A DNA stretch of 32,000 nucleotides from Pasteurella multocida (GTDB lineage Bacteria > Pseudomonadota > Gammaproteobacteria > Enterobacterales > Pasteurellaceae). The stretch spans positions 60,001 to 92,000 of the forward strand of contig NZ_LT906458.1 in the NCBI RefSeq assembly GCF_900187275.1, written 5' to 3'. The position numbers and the translations under genes were made by a program. The notes beneath the pieces were generated by a model. That model ran no database searches. It had not been told where the DNA came from and saw only the letters and a list, made by a program, of their open reading frames with translations. Shown here piece after piece: positions 30,678-32,000 of this stretch (the stretch's first letter is position 1; each line of letters begins with the position of its first letter).

Positions 30678-31406
30678 ATGTTTGAATGGCTTGCGAGTCC
30701 GGAGGCTTGGGTTGCACTTTTTACCTTAGCTGCTTTAGAAATTGTGTTAGGGATTGATAACATCATTTTCATTAGTATTTTGGTTGGGCGTTTACCCGAA
30801 CATCAACGCCAATCCGGACGCTTGATTGGGCTCGGTTTGGCAATGGGAATGCGAATTTTATTATTGCTTTCTCTCTCTTGGGTCATGTCGTTGACAGCGA
30901 CCTTATTTACCGTATTAGGGGAGGCGATCTCTGGGCGTGATTTAATTTTATTGATTGGTGGCTTATTCCTAGTAGCAAAAAGTACCCATGAAATTCACCA
31001 TGCTATGATGCCAGAAGAAGAAAATGAGGAAGAGAAACCAAAAACAGTAAGCTTTTTAGGCATTTTAACGCAGATTGCGATTTTGGATATTGTGTTCTCA
31101 TTGGATTCGGTGATTACGGCAGTAGGCATGGTAGATCAAGTGGGCGTGATGATTGTGGCGATTGTGATGGCTGTTGGGGTAATGATGTTTGCAGCGAAAC
31201 CAATCGGGGATTTTGTTGAAACGCATCCAACTTTGAAAGTCCTTGCTCTGTCTTTCTTAATCTTAATTGGTGTGGCATTGATTGGAGAGAGTTTAGATTT
31301 CCACATTCCGAAAGGTTATATTTACTTTGCGATGGGCTTCTCCGTGGTGGTTGAAATGATCAACATTAAAATGCGTAAAAAGCTCATTAAAAAACCGAGT
31401 GTGTGA
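30678..31406 (+). CDS. TerC-family (YgdQ-like) integral membrane protein
   Basis: LAALEIVLGIDNIIFISILVGRLPEHQR... and DIVFSLDSVITAVGMV motifs. Confidence 0.9.
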   Translation: MFEWLASPEAWVALFTLAALEIVLGIDNIIFISILVGRLPEHQRQSGRLIGLGLAMGMRILLLLSLSWVMSLTATLFTVLGEAISGRDLILLIGGLFLVAKSTHEIHHAMMPEEENEEEKPKTVSFLGILTQIAILDIVFSLDSVITAVGMVDQVGVMIVAIVMAVGVMMFAAKPIGDFVETHPTLKVLALSFLILIGVALIGESLDFHIPKGYIYFAMGFSVVVEMINIKMRKKLIKKPSV

Positions 31407-31419
31407 GAGAACACAAAAA

Positions 31420-31452
31420 TGGCAAGCCTGAGTCGCTTGCCATATTATTATA
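31420..31452 (+). terminator. Putative terminator hairpin after the TerC-family gene
   Basis: ATGGCAAGC-ctgagtc-GCTTGCCAT followed by ATTATTAT. Confidence 0.5.
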
Positions 31453-31532
31453 GCTAGACAAAGTCTAGCTATAAAAACCATACGCTTTGCGTATGGAACA
31501 GAAAAGCTTAAGCGGTGAGCAGAACAAAACAT

Positions 31533-31580
31533 CCTCCTATAATGAACAAGGCTGACAACCAAAATTCAACATATAGGAGG
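31533..31580 (+). promoter_or_regulatory. Inverted repeat predicted to sequester the tnpA Shine-Dalgarno sequence
   Basis: CCTCCTATA (31533-31541) is an exact reverse complement of TATAGGAGG (31572-31580), which holds the AGGAGG before ATG 31588. Confidence 0.8.
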
Positions 31581-31587
31581 ATAAGTC

Positions 31588-32000
31588 ATGGCAAGTAAAT
31601 CCAATGACGATTCAAGTCTATCACACACAAGATGGAACTGTAAGTACCACATAGTCTTTATCCCTAAGTATAGGAGAAAAGCAATTTATGGAAAATTGCG
31701 AGTTGATATAGGAGGGATACTAAGACAATTATGTCACTACAAGAATGTAGAGATAATAGAGGCATATGCAATGAAAGAGCATATCCATATGCTGTTAAGG
31801 ATACCTCCGAAACTGGCCGTTTCAAGTTTTATGGGGTATTTAAAAGGTAAGTCATCGCTAATGATATTTGAAAGACATGCAAATTTGAAATATAAGTATG
31901 GGAATCGAAATTTTTGGGCGAAAGGCTATTATGTAAGTACAGTAGGTTTAAATACAAAAATTGTAGAGGAATATATCCGAAATCAGGAAAAGGAAGATAT
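31588..32000 (+). CDS. tnpA: IS200-type Y1 (HUH) transposase TnpA, 3'-truncated by window end
   Basis: My translation: MASKSNDDSSLSHTRWNCKYHVVFIPKYRRKAIYGKLRVDIGGILRQLCHYKNVEIIEAYAMKEHIHMLLRIPPKLAVSSFMGYLKGKSSLMIFERHANLKYKYGNRNFWAKGYYVSTVGLNTKIVEEYIRNQEKED; HIH and YYVSTVG motifs. Confidence 0.93.
   Translation, partial: MASKSNDDSSLSHTRWNCKYHIVFIPKYRRKAIYGKLRVDIGGILRQLCHYKNVEIIEAYAMKEHIHMLLRIPPKLAVSSFMGYLKGKSSLMIFERHANLKYKYGNRNFWAKGYYVSTVGLNTKIVEEYIRNQEKED

Larger units (their letters stand above)
31445..32000 (+). mobile_element. IS200/IS605-family element, left part, truncated by window edge (exact left boundary uncertain)
   Basis: Left-end hairpins TTATAGCTAGAC-aaa-GTCTAGCTATAA and CCATACGC-ttt-GCGTATGG, then a RBS-masking inverted repeat and a Y1 transposase ORF. 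Confidence 0.85.

Noticed and set aside
31293-31562. 89-aa - strand ORF across the TerC gene end and IS200 left end
   Set aside because: Antisense ORF through hairpins; the real coding signal here is + strand tnpA.
1-32000. CRISPR arrays, tRNA/rRNA genes, or simple-sequence phase-variation tracts
   Set aside because: No regularly spaced repeats, no recognisable tRNA/rRNA sequence and no long tetranucleotide or homopolymer tract seen on reading both strands; short features could still be missed without tools.

Overview
The window looks like a Pasteurellaceae chromosome segment, most likely Pasteurella or close to it. Evidence is repeated uptake-signal 9-mers (AAGTGCGGT/ACCGCACTT) and the gene order. 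Mostly core housekeeping genes: accC (3' end), yhdT-like, panF, prmA, dusB-fis, purL, a histidine-rich ZnuD-like TonB-dependent receptor, a convergent hemin-type ABC transporter (hmuTUV-like), an endonuclease/exonuclease/phosphatase-family protein, a phosphoglucomutase/phosphomannomutase, an SbmA/YddA-like ABC protein, a YidE/AspT-type transporter, yfcZ-like, fadL-like, ogt, mutH and a TerC-family gene. A 5'-partial IS200-like element runs off the right edge and is missing from the supplied ORF track. The variable part is about 9.0-13.7 kb, between purL and the receptor. It holds (i) an AT-rich two-gene cassette encoding a DUF262 (GmrSD-N/ParB-like) protein and a small HEPN-type protein with an RNxxxH motif, a candidate anti-phage or toxin-type system, and (ii) imperfect repeats of the receptor's upstream region with a decayed receptor 5' end, next to an uncharacterised 342-aa ORF. 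Regulatory signals include an exact PurR-consensus operator before purL, a Fur-like box before hmuT, hairpins in the receptor leader, several strong terminators, and the IS200 ribosome-binding-site-sequestering hairpin. All calls come from reading the sequence; no database search was run.
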